A stretch of 64,000 bases of DNA from Patescibacteria group bacterium (GTDB lineage Bacteria > Patescibacteriota > Patescibacteriia > PEXW01), in contig JBAZBR010000003.1 of the NCBI GenBank assembly GCA_041671325.1, positions 4,506 to 68,505 of the forward strand, in the 5' to 3' direction. A program made the position numbers and the translations under genes. The notes below the pieces were generated by a model. It was not told where the DNA came from. It saw only the letters and a list, made by a program, of their open reading frames with translations, and searched no databases. The stretch's first letter is position 1. Every line of letters begins with the position of its first letter. This document shows positions 21,111 to 31,020 of this stretch, in pieces.

Positions 21111-21141
21111 AAATACCCCGAGGAATCCCTGGGGTATTTTT
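21111..21141. terminator. bidirectional terminator
   Basis: AAATACCCC...GGGGTATTT between convergent genes. Confidence 0.75.
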
Positions 21142-21156
21142 GGAAAGAAATTTGGA

Positions 21157-21600
21157 CTATTGGACGTGAATCTGGAATGCGTCAGGATCAGTATCAGCTT
21201 CTTTGCGCCAGACAATATCTGCGCCCCGGACGCAAAGCCAGTAGTCTTGTGGAAATCCGGCATGGATTAATTCTAATCTGAGTGAAGCAAAGAACATCGC
21301 GTGTAGGGCTGAGCATAGCAACCCAATTTTGTGTTGTTCGAGCAACTCAGCATGGATCCTTGCTTTCCAATTGAGTTCACCAGGTTGTCGGCCTTCAGAG
21401 GCGCCATTATGTGCAAATGGCGTTTTTGCTTTAAAAGCACGGTAAATGCAATAGAGCTTTCTTAGATCAGGTGACATTGTGCGAACTCGTTTATCTCCCG
21501 GCCTAAGCTTTACCTTAGTTAAGAATCCTTTTGAAACGAGCGGTGTTGGGTCGCTATACATGTACAAATCGACAATTATAGCTAAGACGTTGCTATACAT
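21157..21600 (-). CDS. hypothetical protein
   Basis: 147 aa, SD AAGGAG. Confidence 0.6.
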   Translation of the reverse strand: MYSNVLAIIVDLYMYSDPTPLVSKGFLTKVKLRPGDKRVRTMSPDLRKLYCIYRAFKAKTPFAHNGASEGRQPGELNWKARIHAELLEQHKIGLLCSALHAMFFASLRLELIHAGFPQDYWLCVRGADIVWRKEADTDPDAFQIHVQ

Positions 21601-21687
21601 CTTTCTCTCCTTTTGGCCTAAGGTTTATGTTTAATCGTCCAAAACTTAATTTAAATAATGATAAATGTCAAATAAACCAAAGGATGC

Positions 21688-22224
21688 TTGAATTTTGATA
21701 AAAAAAGCCGCAAAATGAAATTAATGCCGTCTTTCTTCCGAAAACCAAAAAAACAGTCAAATGTTCCCTACTACCTTTGCGGCGGAATGGTTTTATTATT
21801 GGTAATAGGTATTTGGGTTTTTCTGAAGACGAAAAACCAGGATAATTTTGAATGTAAAAGTCTGCCTGCGGCTGAAAAAATTCAACAAGCGGATTTGATA
21901 GTCTCCGGAAAAGTTTTTTTAGTTTTAGCAGACGGTCCGGAAAACGCCAAAGTTTTATTTACTGCGGATAAAATTTATAAAGGCCAAATGCCTGAAGGTG
22001 GCATAGAAATTTTTGCCAAGCAAAGCACGGCCATTAAAAACCCAAGCACTAATTGTGAATTGCATTTTGCCTCAAACAACCAAGAATATTTGTTGTACTT
22101 AAAAAAAGGCGAGGATGGTTTGTTTACCACCAGCAAATGTTTTGGCAGCCGGCTTTTGGGGAACGGCTTGTCTTCTGAAGAATTTTCAATTTTAGGTGAA
22201 GGCCAAGTAGTCAATCAAACTTAA
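21688..22224 (+). CDS. membrane-anchored TIMP/NTR-like OB-fold protein
   Basis: C...ADLIVSGKV...YKG...C...EYLLY...C pattern; true start may be later. Confidence 0.6.
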   Translation: MNFDKKSRKMKLMPSFFRKPKKQSNVPYYLCGGMVLLLVIGIWVFLKTKNQDNFECKSLPAAEKIQQADLIVSGKVFLVLADGPENAKVLFTADKIYKGQMPEGGIEIFAKQSTAIKNPSTNCELHFASNNQEYLLYLKKGEDGLFTTSKCFGSRLLGNGLSSEEFSILGEGQVVNQT

Positions 22225-22266
22225 ATTAGCTAAAATTACTTAAGTTATCATTAATCATTCTTTATT

Positions 22267-22710
22267 ATGCAAACGAACAAGGGTTTCTTATTGATTGGTT
22301 TATTTGCCGTACTTGGGTCAGCGCTTTCCGGTTATCTTTCTTATGTCAACCTATTTAAAAGTGGGTGTACGAACACTTTTTTGTCCTGCAGTGGCGGGTC
22401 TGGGCCAGTTAAGATTTTTGGCGTGCCAAACTGCGTTTACGGCTTTTTCATGTTTATGGCGGTTTTAATCTTGGCGCTTATTGGTTTGAAATTTATTAAC
22501 AAGCGTTGTATCAATAACGCTATTTTGGTTTTAGGTATAATCGGTACTTTGTTTGCCCTGGGACTTTCCATTTATGAGATATTTTGGCTTAAACCCGACA
22601 CCTTACCCGCCTGCGTGTATGGTTTTATTTTCTATGTTGGCATTTTGATTACGGCAATTGTTGGAAACAGAAAATCCTCGGAAATTAAGCCAGTTAGCAA
22701 TCAGATATAA
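22267..22710 (+). CDS. VKOR-like 4-TM disulfide-bond protein
   Basis: Loop Cys pair C-x6-C, IFGVPNCVYG, 4 TM helices. Confidence 0.7.
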   Translation: MQTNKGFLLIGLFAVLGSALSGYLSYVNLFKSGCTNTFLSCSGGSGPVKIFGVPNCVYGFFMFMAVLILALIGLKFINKRCINNAILVLGIIGTLFALGLSIYEIFWLKPDTLPACVYGFIFYVGILITAIVGNRKSSEIKPVSNQI

Positions 22711-22714
22711 ACTA

Positions 22715-23275
22715 ATGAAACAAGTGATAATCATACATGGTTGGGGCGGAAATCCTGAAGAAGGCTGGCTTCCCTGGGCTAGGAAAATTTTGGAATCAAC
22801 AGGTTTTAAAGTCCAAATTCCAGCAATGCCAGATACTGAAAGTCCAGATATTGAAAAATGGGTGGGAATTTTGAGGCAAACCATTACCAAACCAGATGAA
22901 CAGGCCTATTTAATCGGCCATAGCATTGGCTGTCAGGCTATATTGCGGTATTTGGAAAGTTTACCTGTCAGTATAAAAATCGGCGGGGTAATTTTTGTTG
23001 CGGGTTGGTTTGATTTAGACAACATAGAAAGTGATGAAGAGCGGGCCATTGCCAAGCCCTGGATTAACACGCCAATTGATTTTGTAAAAATAAAAAGTCA
23101 CTGTGAAAAATTCACGGTAATTTTATCGGATAATGACCCGTTTGGTTTTTTGGAAAGTAATAAGAAAATTTTTGAGGAAAAATTAGACGCCCGGGTTTTG
23201 GTGTTGCAAAATCGCGGGCATTTGATTGAGACGCAAGAATTGCCGGAAGTTATCCGGGAGATTGAAAAATTTTGA
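22715..23275 (+). CDS. RBBP9/YdeN alpha/beta hydrolase
   Basis: IIHGWGG, GHSIG, SDNDP, GH. Confidence 0.9.
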   Translation: MKQVIIIHGWGGNPEEGWLPWARKILESTGFKVQIPAMPDTESPDIEKWVGILRQTITKPDEQAYLIGHSIGCQAILRYLESLPVSIKIGGVIFVAGWFDLDNIESDEERAIAKPWINTPIDFVKIKSHCEKFTVILSDNDPFGFLESNKKIFEEKLDARVLVLQNRGHLIETQELPEVIREIEKF

Positions 23276-23284
23276 TTATAAACC

Positions 23285-23836
23285 ATGAAATTATATATTG
23301 CGGGTAAAGTTTCCAAGGACTCAAGTTTCAAGACCCATTATTGGCGTGATGGTTTTAGCGCTGAATTATCTAAAAAGTCAGGATTAAAAATAATCAATAT
23401 TGACCCGACTAAAAGTGCCGCCGGATTTAAATTTGACCACACTGATTCGAAACTAATTTATGGCCGAAATTGTTACATGATAAATATGTCTGATGTGGTG
23501 GTAGTTTATTTGAGCGACGATATTAGCGTCGGCGGTTCGCAGGAAATGTTGATCGCCAAGTATTATGGAAAGCCATTAATTGGTTTAGCACCGAAAGGCG
23601 GCAAATTTAATTTGGCTAAAAAAGAAATATTCGGAAGAGTATACAAAAAATATGTTGACCCTTATGTATTTATCGCATGTGATAAAGTTGTTGGGAATAT
23701 GACTGAATTAGCGAAAGCCCTAAAGAAGGGTGATTGGAAAAAGAAGAAGGTAAAAAATATTAAGATAATTGACGAATCTTTGCGATACTATAAGCAGAAT
23801 TTTTTGAAGCAGGATAAATACCTTATTAGCCAATGA
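23285..23836 (+). CDS. nucleoside 2-deoxyribosyltransferase-like protein
   Basis: KLYIAG, SDVVV, SVGGSQEMLIAKYYGKP. Confidence 0.7.
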   Translation: MKLYIAGKVSKDSSFKTHYWRDGFSAELSKKSGLKIINIDPTKSAAGFKFDHTDSKLIYGRNCYMINMSDVVVVYLSDDISVGGSQEMLIAKYYGKPLIGLAPKGGKFNLAKKEIFGRVYKKYVDPYVFIACDKVVGNMTELAKALKKGDWKKKKVKNIKIIDESLRYYKQNFLKQDKYLISQ

Positions 23837-24420
23837 AATTAAATAAACGGCAGAAAAAAATAAGAACTGTTGTTAAAAATCGGCAGGCTGGTTTTGTCGT
23901 TGTACTCGAAGATATTCATGATCCGCACAATGCCGCGGCGATTTTGAGGACCTGTGATGCCTTTGGCGTACAAGATGTCTGTTTTATTTTTGAAAAAGAG
24001 AAGAAGTATAACCCTAGGAAAATTGGGAAATCCAGCTCTTCTTCAGCCAATAAGTGGTTGAGTTTTAAAGTCTTTAATTCTACCCAAGATTGCTTGAAGG
24101 TTTTGAAAAAAACAGGTTATGAAATTATTGCCACAGCCCTAACTCAAAAATCTAAAAACCTTTTTAAAACCAAGTTATTATATAATAAAATTGCCTTGCT
24201 GGTCGGTAATGAACATCGGGGCTTGTCAGATTTTGCCATTAAGTCGGCTGACCAAATATTGGCTATTCCCATGCAGGGCATGGTGCAAAGCCTTAATGTT
24301 TCAGTCACGGCCGGGATTTTTATTTATGAAATAGTTAGGCAAAGACAGAAGAATATAAATAAATATCAATTAAACCCAAAATCCGCCAATAAACTGGAAA
24401 GGGATTTTCGGAAAAGATAA
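23833..24420 (+). CDS. trmH: TrmH/SpoU RNA 2'-O-methyltransferase
   Basis: LEDIHDPHNAAAILRTCDAFG, GNEHRG, IPMQGMVQSLNVS. Confidence 0.9.
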   Translation: MKLNKRQKKIRTVVKNRQAGFVVVLEDIHDPHNAAAILRTCDAFGVQDVCFIFEKEKKYNPRKIGKSSSSSANKWLSFKVFNSTQDCLKVLKKTGYEIIATALTQKSKNLFKTKLLYNKIALLVGNEHRGLSDFAIKSADQILAIPMQGMVQSLNVSVTAGIFIYEIVRQRQKNINKYQLNPKSANKLERDFRKR

Positions 24421-24423
24421 ATT

Positions 24424-24566
24424 CTCATGCCGAACCCCGCACCACAATGGATGCGAGGGCAAGTTTATTTCGGCATCTTAATGTTTAGAGATCCTGAATC
24501 GAGTTCAGGATGAGGTTTTTAATATAAGTTTGCCGCGTCGTCGCTTGGCTCCTCCTCGCTATGACA
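24424..24566. repeat. REP-like repeat with nested CCCCGCACCA...TGCGAGGG insert, plus a half REP
   Basis: TCATGCCGAAC...TTCGGCATC...GATCCTGAA..TTCAGGATGA; CTCCTCGCTATGACA half copy. Confidence 0.7.
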
Positions 24567-24639
24567 TTTGCAATATTTAAAAAGAAGGCGAAATATTTTT
24601 CCGCCTCCATTGTGGAACTTCATGATATAGCTTTTGGAC

Positions 24640-24840
24640 TTACCGGCAATCGGGACAACAATGGTCATTATCCAGATGTTTAATCCGCGTTGCACGCTGG
24701 CACTTCGCACACCGTTTCGCTAGGCCATTGAGCAGCAGGGAGAATTCATCCGCCAGTTCATTTGCTTCTAGCCATGGACTCGTGCCCGCATTCGGCTTTG
24801 GCGGTTCATTGCTGGTTGGTTGTCTGCTAAGATAGCCCAA
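24640..24840 (-). CDS. small zinc-finger protein
   Basis: CAKC...CPDC; SD AAGGAGG. Confidence 0.6.
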   Translation of the reverse strand: MGYLSRQPTSNEPPKPNAGTSPWLEANELADEFSLLLNGLAKRCAKCQRATRIKHLDNDHCCPDCR

Positions 24841-25069
24841 GATTATGCCTCCTTTTTTGCAATGCTATTGCCAGGAATTCTTTCGGATCCATATTGGATT
24901 CTTCCGGTAATGGCTTGCCGTTTTGTGACATGTGGATTTTTTCGTCAGGCGCTTCGGGTACGAGAATCAACACATAATTTCGTCCGGTAGTCCGCTCGAA
25001 TATGCTGATTTCGTCGTTCAGGTTAGTTAAAGCCGATTCACATGCCGGGTCAAGGTGCCATATTCCCAT
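24827..25069 (-). CDS. hypothetical protein
   Basis: SD AAGGAGG, overlaps the next gene. Confidence 0.6.
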   Translation of the reverse strand: MGIWHLDPACESALTNLNDEISIFERTTGRNYVLILVPEAPDEKIHMSQNGKPLPEESNMDPKEFLAIALQKRRHNLGLS

Positions 25070-25202
25070 TTTTAACCTCCTTTTTGGTTTATGCTTAATC
25101 CAGATTTTCTAAAAGGTTTTTGAAAAGAACGGCTTTTTCGAGCCTATAATACTATCCGCTATCAGTCAATTTGTTTAAACCGCCCTGTTAATTTTAGCTG
25201 GA

Positions 25203-25549
25203 CTATTTATTTGTCTCCTCAAATAACGCCCAAATATCATCTCGGATGTTTTCAAACAAAGCCTCTGCTTCTTTTTTGTTTTTATCCCTTTCGGTTATTG
25301 ATAAAATGTAAGAGATCGTACCATGAACAGCATCGCCAATATTCATCCAACCATCACCGCTGCGCCAATTATTCAACCCGCTTTTTTTAAAAATTTCCAG
25401 TCTTTTTTAATCCCCCCCTTAGTTTTTTCGTCAACATCAGATTCATCAACAATAGAAATCCATGTTGTATATCTAGATTCGATTTCATTGGCAAATTTTT
25501 CTTCGGGTGACGAGTATACCTGTTCTTGTTCGCTTGGATTTTCCCGCAT
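25203..25549 (-). pseudogene. frameshifted hypothetical gene (G7/A6 tract near 25403-25418)
   Basis: MRENPSEQ...KGGIKK continues as RLEIFKKSG...ETNK* after adding one base. Confidence 0.55.
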
Positions 25550-25602
25550 ATGGTTAAATAATGTTAAGTTTGGAAAATTTTAAATAATATTCTTGTTGTA
25601 TT

Positions 25603-25712
25603 TGTTATTGCGATCCCGCCGTATGGCGGGATGACCTGCCCGCCGAACTCGCGCCGGCGAGGCAGGCGGGAGCAATCTTATACGTCTTTTCATTCTGCCG
25701 TAACGTAATAAT
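25603..25712. repeat. degenerate REP-like repeat with nested CCTGCCCGCC...GGCAGGCGGG insert (25635-25670)
   Basis: The insert is the reverse-complement relative of 6143-6172. Confidence 0.7.
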
Positions 25713-25715
25713 AAT

Positions 25716-26081
25716 TTATATTTTCGAAAAAAATATCAGCTTATACCCGTCAGGATCCCTGACTGCAAATTCCCTTTTGCCCCAAGGCCAATCTTTGGGT
25801 TCACTGGAAGTCGTAATATTTTTTTCTTTCAGGGCTTGGTAAAAAGCATCAACATTTTCAACTTCGAAATAGGTGTAAATCCCAACGCCTTTCAGCCCTT
25901 CATCAGCATCAGTTTTTATCAAGGTTTTGTTTTCATCCATAAAAGCCAGCTTGTAATCGCCAAAGGTAATGCGAACCGCATCATTAGCCTTGGAAACTGT
26001 AAAACCTAAGGTTTCATAAAACTTGGTGGTTTTATACAAGTCTTTGCAGAAAAATAAAGTGGAGTGGATGCGTTTGATCAT
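25716..26081 (-). CDS. VOC/glyoxalase family protein
   Basis: FYETLGF, PWGKREFAVRDPDG. Confidence 0.9.
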   Translation of the reverse strand: MIKRIHSTLFFCKDLYKTTKFYETLGFTVSKANDAVRITFGDYKLAFMDENKTLIKTDADEGLKGVGIYTYFEVENVDAFYQALKEKNITTSSEPKDWPWGKREFAVRDPDGYKLIFFSKI

Positions 26082-26094
26082 AAGGATGAGGGGA

Positions 26095-26823
26095 CTATTT
26101 TAAGGTTAATTCAAAAAGATATTCATTTGCATACCATTTTTTGCCAACTTTGAATATTCTGATTTTGCCAATTTGATTTAATTTTTTATACCATCCAATA
26201 TTATCTATTACAAATTCTTTAGTTGGACCAATATCAAAAGCTACCAGCCGGGCATTATAATTCTTAGCAATTTTTTTTAAAGTTTGAGTATAGTTGGTAA
26301 CCGTATAGACAATAATATAAGTTCGCGACCTTTCGTGCATGTGTTTTTTTGCAATGTCTAAAAATTTTAAAACTTGTTTGTTACCATTAGGCCCGCCATC
26401 AAAACTTCTGGTCAACTGTTTACCAATTGCCTTTCGATAATTTTTATGAACAATTTCTTGTGGAAGATTAACAACAATTACATCAAATTTTTTCTTAAAA
26501 TTGGCAAAATAGCTGCCTTTTCTTAGGTTAATTTTAACACGGTTTCTTTTAGCATTTTTGCTTGTTAGGTTGATTGCATCTTTATCATCATCTGTGGCAT
26601 AAGCTTTACCACCCAACTTTGCGGTCAGAATTGCTAAAAAGCCAGTCCCAGAGCCAATATCAATTACCAACTCGTTGGGGCTAATTTTCATGTTTTCTGC
26701 AAAAAATGACCCGTGCGGGGAAGGAGGAAATACATGTTTATTAATCTCTAGTTCAAATTTAACATTTTGAATGTTGTATTTTCTAATCTCAGTTTTTTTC
26801 ACGAAATGTAAAACTCTTACCAT
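26095..26823 (-). CDS. class I SAM methyltransferase (HemK-like)
   Basis: VFPP, IDIGSGTG, FDVIVVNLP, DGGPNG. Confidence 0.85.
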   Translation of the reverse strand: MVRVLHFVKKTEIRKYNIQNVKFELEINKHVFPPSPHGSFFAENMKISPNELVIDIGSGTGFLAILTAKLGGKAYATDDDKDAINLTSKNAKRNRVKINLRKGSYFANFKKKFDVIVVNLPQEIVHKNYRKAIGKQLTRSFDGGPNGNKQVLKFLDIAKKHMHERSRTYIIVYTVTNYTQTLKKIAKNYNARLVAFDIGPTKEFVIDNIGWYKKLNQIGKIRIFKVGKKWYANEYLFELTLK

Positions 26824-28650
26824 TTAATTATCTTTTAATTTTTTAACTGCACGTATAATCATCTTGGCTGAGATTTTTTCATAATCCAAAAGCTGTTCAG
26901 GCTTGCCTGAATGTGGGATTTTTCGGACGGCTAAGTGAATTAGCTTAGTGTCAATGCCAGAAATTGCGCTTTTAACGGCTTCGCCAATACCGCCTTCGGG
27001 TACATGGTCTTCTACTACGATTAAATTCTTGGTTTGCTTGGCGGCGTTGCGCAAGGTTTTAACATCAATTGGTTTAATGCTATACAAATCAATAATTCTT
27101 ATGTTGATTTTCTGTTTTTGCAGTTCAGAATAAGCTTTTAAAGCTTCGTGCAAAGTAATGCCAGCCGTAATAATCGTAGCCACGTCTTTATTGCTTTGTT
27201 TCAAAATTTTACTGCCACCGATGGGAAAGCTTTCAGTGTTTTTATAGAGCACTGGGGTTTTAGCGCGAGTGGTGCGGATATAAACAATCCCCTTGGCTTT
27301 GGCGGCTTGTTCAACTAATTTTTCCGTGGCAACAGCGTCACTGGGATAAAGAACTGTGGCATTTTGCAAAGTTCGGAACATGGCAATATCTTCCAAGCCC
27401 ATTTGCGAAGCGCCGTCTTCGCCAATGGAAACCCCGGCATGGGAGCCGCAAAAAACCAAGTGAGCGTTTGAATATTGGCTCATCCTAATCTGGTCAAAAA
27501 CCCGGGTTAAGAATGCGGCAAAGGTGGAAATAAATGGCAGTTTGCCGCGCAAGGCCAAGCCTAAACCCACATCAACCATGTTTTGTTCGGCAATAAACAT
27601 TTCCAGGAATTTTTTAGGATAGGCTTTTTGAAGGAATTCCGAATAAGTGGAATTGCTGACTTCCGCATCCAAAGCAATCAGGTTAGGAAATTTTGGGCTT
27701 AGGCGAACTAAAGCATTGCCATAAGCTTCGCGGGTTGCCGCTATTTCGCCTTTTGTATAATTAACTGGCTTGGTTGATTTGATTCTTGAAATTTTGACTT
27801 TCTTTGATATTGGTTTTGAAACCACACCTCGTATTTTTTTATCAATTGTCCCAAGTTCAGCTAAAGCAGTTTTCAATTGTTCAAGTTTCAAAGTTTTGCC
27901 ATGCCAACCGTTTTTATTTTCCAAAAATGAAATACCCTTGCCCTTGAGGGTTTTGGCAATAATCATAACTGGTTTGCCGGTGGTTTTTTTCGCCTCAATA
28001 AAGGCTTTGGTAATTTGTTTAAAATCATGGCCATCAACCAAAATAGTTTTCCAGCCAAAACTAGCAATTCTTTTTTGGTGAGCATTTAAATTGTGGCCAT
28101 ACATGGTTTGGCCTCTTTGGCCCAAGCGGTTTACATCCAAAATTCCAACCAAATTATCCAGTTTGTAATACACTGCTAATTGAATAGCTTCCCAGATTTG
28201 GCCTTCAGCCATTTCCGAGTCACCTAAAAGTACAAAAGTTTTGTAAGATAATTTATCAAGCTTGGCATTCAAAGCCAGACCAACCCCAATCGACAAACCT
28301 TGGCCCAATGATCCTGTCGGTGCTTCAGTAAAAGCAAAGCCAGGGCTAGGATGGCCTTCCAGCGGGCTATTAAATTTCCTTAAAGTCAATAATTGCTTTT
28401 CGGTCAGTTTTCCCGCAGCAGCATACAGAGCGTATAAAAGTGGCGCCGCATGGCCTTTGGAAAAAATCAGCCGGTCATTGTTAGGGTTTTTTGGATTGCG
28501 TAAATCAGCCTTGAAAAATCCACCAAACATTAAACCAGTCATCAAATCTGTAGCAGATAAAGAAGAGCTAGGATGGCCAGAACCGGCGCGGGTGGTGGAG
28601 ATTAAGATGAAATAGCGGATTAATTGGGCCAGTTTTTGGAGTTTGTTCAT
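26824..28650 (-). CDS. tkt: transketolase
   Basis: GSGHPSSSLS, LEGHP, TGSLGQG, GDSE...N TPP motif, IAEQ, GEDGASQM. Confidence 0.95.
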   Translation of the reverse strand: MNKLQKLAQLIRYFILISTTRAGSGHPSSSLSATDLMTGLMFGGFFKADLRNPKNPNNDRLIFSKGHAAPLLYALYAAAGKLTEKQLLTLRKFNSPLEGHPSPGFAFTEAPTGSLGQGLSIGVGLALNAKLDKLSYKTFVLLGDSEMAEGQIWEAIQLAVYYKLDNLVGILDVNRLGQRGQTMYGHNLNAHQKRIASFGWKTILVDGHDFKQITKAFIEAKKTTGKPVMIIAKTLKGKGISFLENKNGWHGKTLKLEQLKTALAELGTIDKKIRGVVSKPISKKVKISRIKSTKPVNYTKGEIAATREAYGNALVRLSPKFPNLIALDAEVSNSTYSEFLQKAYPKKFLEMFIAEQNMVDVGLGLALRGKLPFISTFAAFLTRVFDQIRMSQYSNAHLVFCGSHAGVSIGEDGASQMGLEDIAMFRTLQNATVLYPSDAVATEKLVEQAAKAKGIVYIRTTRAKTPVLYKNTESFPIGGSKILKQSNKDVATIITAGITLHEALKAYSELQKQKINIRIIDLYSIKPIDVKTLRNAAKQTKNLIVVEDHVPEGGIGEAVKSAISGIDTKLIHLAVRKIPHSGKPEQLLDYEKISAKMIIRAVKKLKDN

Positions 28651-28746
28651 AGGCTTAGTTTATAATAATTTAGTTCGGCTTGACATAGATGGTTTTTGTA
28701 GTTAAGTTTTACTGAAAATCAAAGGTAAAAAAAGAAGGGATTTAAA

Positions 28747-29196
28747 TTGAACAAAGTTCTGTTTTACGGAGGTTCGTGGTATTCCTTTTCCAACTTTTCC
28801 GCTTTTGCGGTCTATTGGCGAGGGGCTAGGTGGATGACTTCCGAACATGCTTATCAAGCGGCTAAGTTTGAGGATCCCGAGATAATTGGGATGATCCAGA
28901 TGGCGACTTCTGCCCATGAAGCCAAACAGATTGCCAAAGCCAATAAGGAACATACCCGTCCTAATTGGCACCAAGTGAATCTTGGAATCATGAGAGAAAT
29001 TGTCAGGGCCAAGCTGTACCAGCATGCTTATATCCAAAAGAAACTTTTGGAAACCGGGGATATGGAGATTATCGAAGACTCACCCTATGATGCATTTTGG
29101 GCCAGGGGTCCTAATGGAGACGGTCAAAACAATTTGGGTAAAATTTGGATGGAACTTCGTGCTGAGTTACGTGAAAAAGCCAAAAGGCAGCCTTAA
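28747..29196 (+). CDS. NADAR (YbiA/DUF1768) ADP-ribose hydrolase family
   Basis: FSNF, TSEHAYQAAKF, IEDSPYDAFW, GQNNLGKIWMELR. Confidence 0.93.
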   Translation: MNKVLFYGGSWYSFSNFSAFAVYWRGARWMTSEHAYQAAKFEDPEIIGMIQMATSAHEAKQIAKANKEHTRPNWHQVNLGIMREIVRAKLYQHAYIQKKLLETGDMEIIEDSPYDAFWARGPNGDGQNNLGKIWMELRAELREKAKRQP

Positions 29197-29230
29197 AAAG
29201 CTGCCTTTTTTACTTGTGGATAACTAGGAC

Positions 29231-29277
29231 TTGACGGGTATTTTATTAGGGTCTACTATGTGTATATCTTACACTAA
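29231..29277 (+). promoter_or_regulatory. nrtR promoter overlapped by an NrtR-type box
   Basis: TTGACG-N17-TACTAT; TATGTGT-ATATCTT-ACACTAA (GT-N7-AC palindrome). Confidence 0.75.
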
Positions 29278-29283
29278 GTATAT

Positions 29284-29958
29284 ATGTCCCCTAATCCCCT
29301 AAAATATAAGTTCGCCGCCATTGCCACTGATGTGGTCATTTTCACCTTAAAACAAGGGGAATTGCAGGTTTTATTAATTAAGATGAAAAAGCAGCCTTTT
29401 GAAAAATGCTGGGCCGCCCCTGGTGGCTTGGTCAAACCCATGGAATCCGTGGAAGCCGCGGCTCGCAAGCAATTAGCCCTGAAAACTGGGGTAAAGAATA
29501 TTTATCTGGAACAGCTTTACACTTTTGGCGAAGTTAAGCGGGATCCTTTTGGCCGCGTAGTCTCAGTCGCCTATTTCGCCCTGATTCCCAGCGATTCAGT
29601 CACCCTGCATACCACCAAAGAATACGCGGACGTCCGCTGGTTTCCAGTCAAAAAATTACCAGCCTTGGCCTATGACCATGCCAAGATTATTGATACGGCA
29701 GTCCGGCGCTTGCAATCCAAAATGGGCTATACCAATATTGTCTGTAATCTTTTGCCCAAAGCCTTTTCACTTTCGGAATTGCAAGGAGTTTATGAAATCA
29801 TCCTGAATAAGCATTTTGACAAGCGGAATTTTCGGAAGAAAATTTTGAGCTTGAAATTGGTAAAGCCGATGGGTAAAAAACGGGAAGGTGAAGCAAACCG
29901 GCCAGCCCAGCTTTACACTTTTGCCAATCGTTTGATTTCTCAGGCAGAAATAATGTAA
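29284..29958 (+). CDS. nrtR: NrtR Nudix-related transcriptional regulator
   Basis: EQLYTFG, RDP, LAYDH, wHTH FSLSELQ..YE..DKRNFRKK, RPAQLY; Nudix glutamates lost. Confidence 0.93.
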   Translation: MSPNPLKYKFAAIATDVVIFTLKQGELQVLLIKMKKQPFEKCWAAPGGLVKPMESVEAAARKQLALKTGVKNIYLEQLYTFGEVKRDPFGRVVSVAYFALIPSDSVTLHTTKEYADVRWFPVKKLPALAYDHAKIIDTAVRRLQSKMGYTNIVCNLLPKAFSLSELQGVYEIILNKHFDKRNFRKKILSLKLVKPMGKKREGEANRPAQLYTFANRLISQAEIM

Positions 29959-29975
29959 TTTTTTTTACTTAATAG

Positions 29976-29996
29976 TTAGTGTAAAAAATACACCTT
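29976..29996 (+). promoter_or_regulatory. second NrtR-type box
   Basis: TTAGTGT-AAAAAAT-ACACCTT. Confidence 0.7.
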
Positions 29997-30179
29997 AAAA
30001 ATCCATTCCTTAACGCGACAATTATCGAGGAGAGCTTTCTCGAGAGTTCTTCTCCCAATTTTTTAAGTCGCGTTAAAGAAAAGGGAGACCCTCTCTAAAA
30101 AGTCCTGCTCGATTAGATCAGGGCTTTTTGGACTTTGAAAACTAAATAAAATTCACGATACGAAAAGAGGTATTGAAAA

Positions 30180-31019
30180 ATGGAAAATTTTGAGATTGCC
30201 GGCGGGACAGTTGTTGGCAAACACCACCGACTTTTGGGCTTGAACAACCAAGATACCTATCGTTGGTTCAAGACCCCAGAGGCTTTAGTGGCTATAGTCT
30301 GCGATGGCTGCAGCGAGGGCAAGCAGAGTGAAGTCGGCGCAAACATTGGCGCTGAACTAATACTCTCGGCTTTTCAAAGGCAGCTTTCGCAAATTCCAGA
30401 ACTGCCCAAACCAACCGAAGTTTTTTTTGAACGGGTTCGCCAAGAAGTCTTGGCCGAAATCAGGGTCATGTGCCTGATGTTGGGCAACAGTCTAACCGAC
30501 ACAGTCGTCAATAATTTTTTATTTACGACTGTCGGCGCCATTGTCACGCCCAAGCGGACGCTTATCTTTTCCATCGGTGATGGAGTGGTGGGCTGGAACA
30601 ACTTGATTGAAAAATTGAGTCCCCGGCCTGGCAACCAACCAGCCTACTTGGGTTATGGGTTATTCCAACCTTTGCCCAAAGGCTTTGTGGAAGACGATAT
30701 CCGTTTTCAAATCCAGGTAGATTGCCCGACTGAAGAAGTCTCGTCAATCTTTTTGGCTAGCGATGGTCTGGTTGATTTAATGCATGCTTCATTAAAGCCA
30801 ATCCCAGGCAAAACGGAAATGGTTGGGCCTTTAAGCCAATTTTGGCAAGAGGATTCCTACTTTTCCAATACAGACAAGATCCGGCGGAAATTACATTTGG
30901 TGGCCAGAGAAGTCATTAAATTGAATTCCGCGGGTCAAATGGAAAAAGAAACTGGCTGGCTGGAAGACGACACAACTTTAATAGTCATTCGCCGCAAGCC
31001 AGCAAAAACGGAGGCCTGA
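30180..31019 (+). CDS. PP2C-like protein phosphatase (TerY-P type)
   Basis: GKHH...NQD, VCDG, IGDG, ASDG, EDDTT. Confidence 0.88.
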   Translation: MENFEIAGGTVVGKHHRLLGLNNQDTYRWFKTPEALVAIVCDGCSEGKQSEVGANIGAELILSAFQRQLSQIPELPKPTEVFFERVRQEVLAEIRVMCLMLGNSLTDTVVNNFLFTTVGAIVTPKRTLIFSIGDGVVGWNNLIEKLSPRPGNQPAYLGYGLFQPLPKGFVEDDIRFQIQVDCPTEEVSSIFLASDGLVDLMHASLKPIPGKTEMVGPLSQFWQEDSYFSNTDKIRRKLHLVAREVIKLNSAGQMEKETGWLEDDTTLIVIRRKPAKTEA

Positions 31020-31020
31020 T

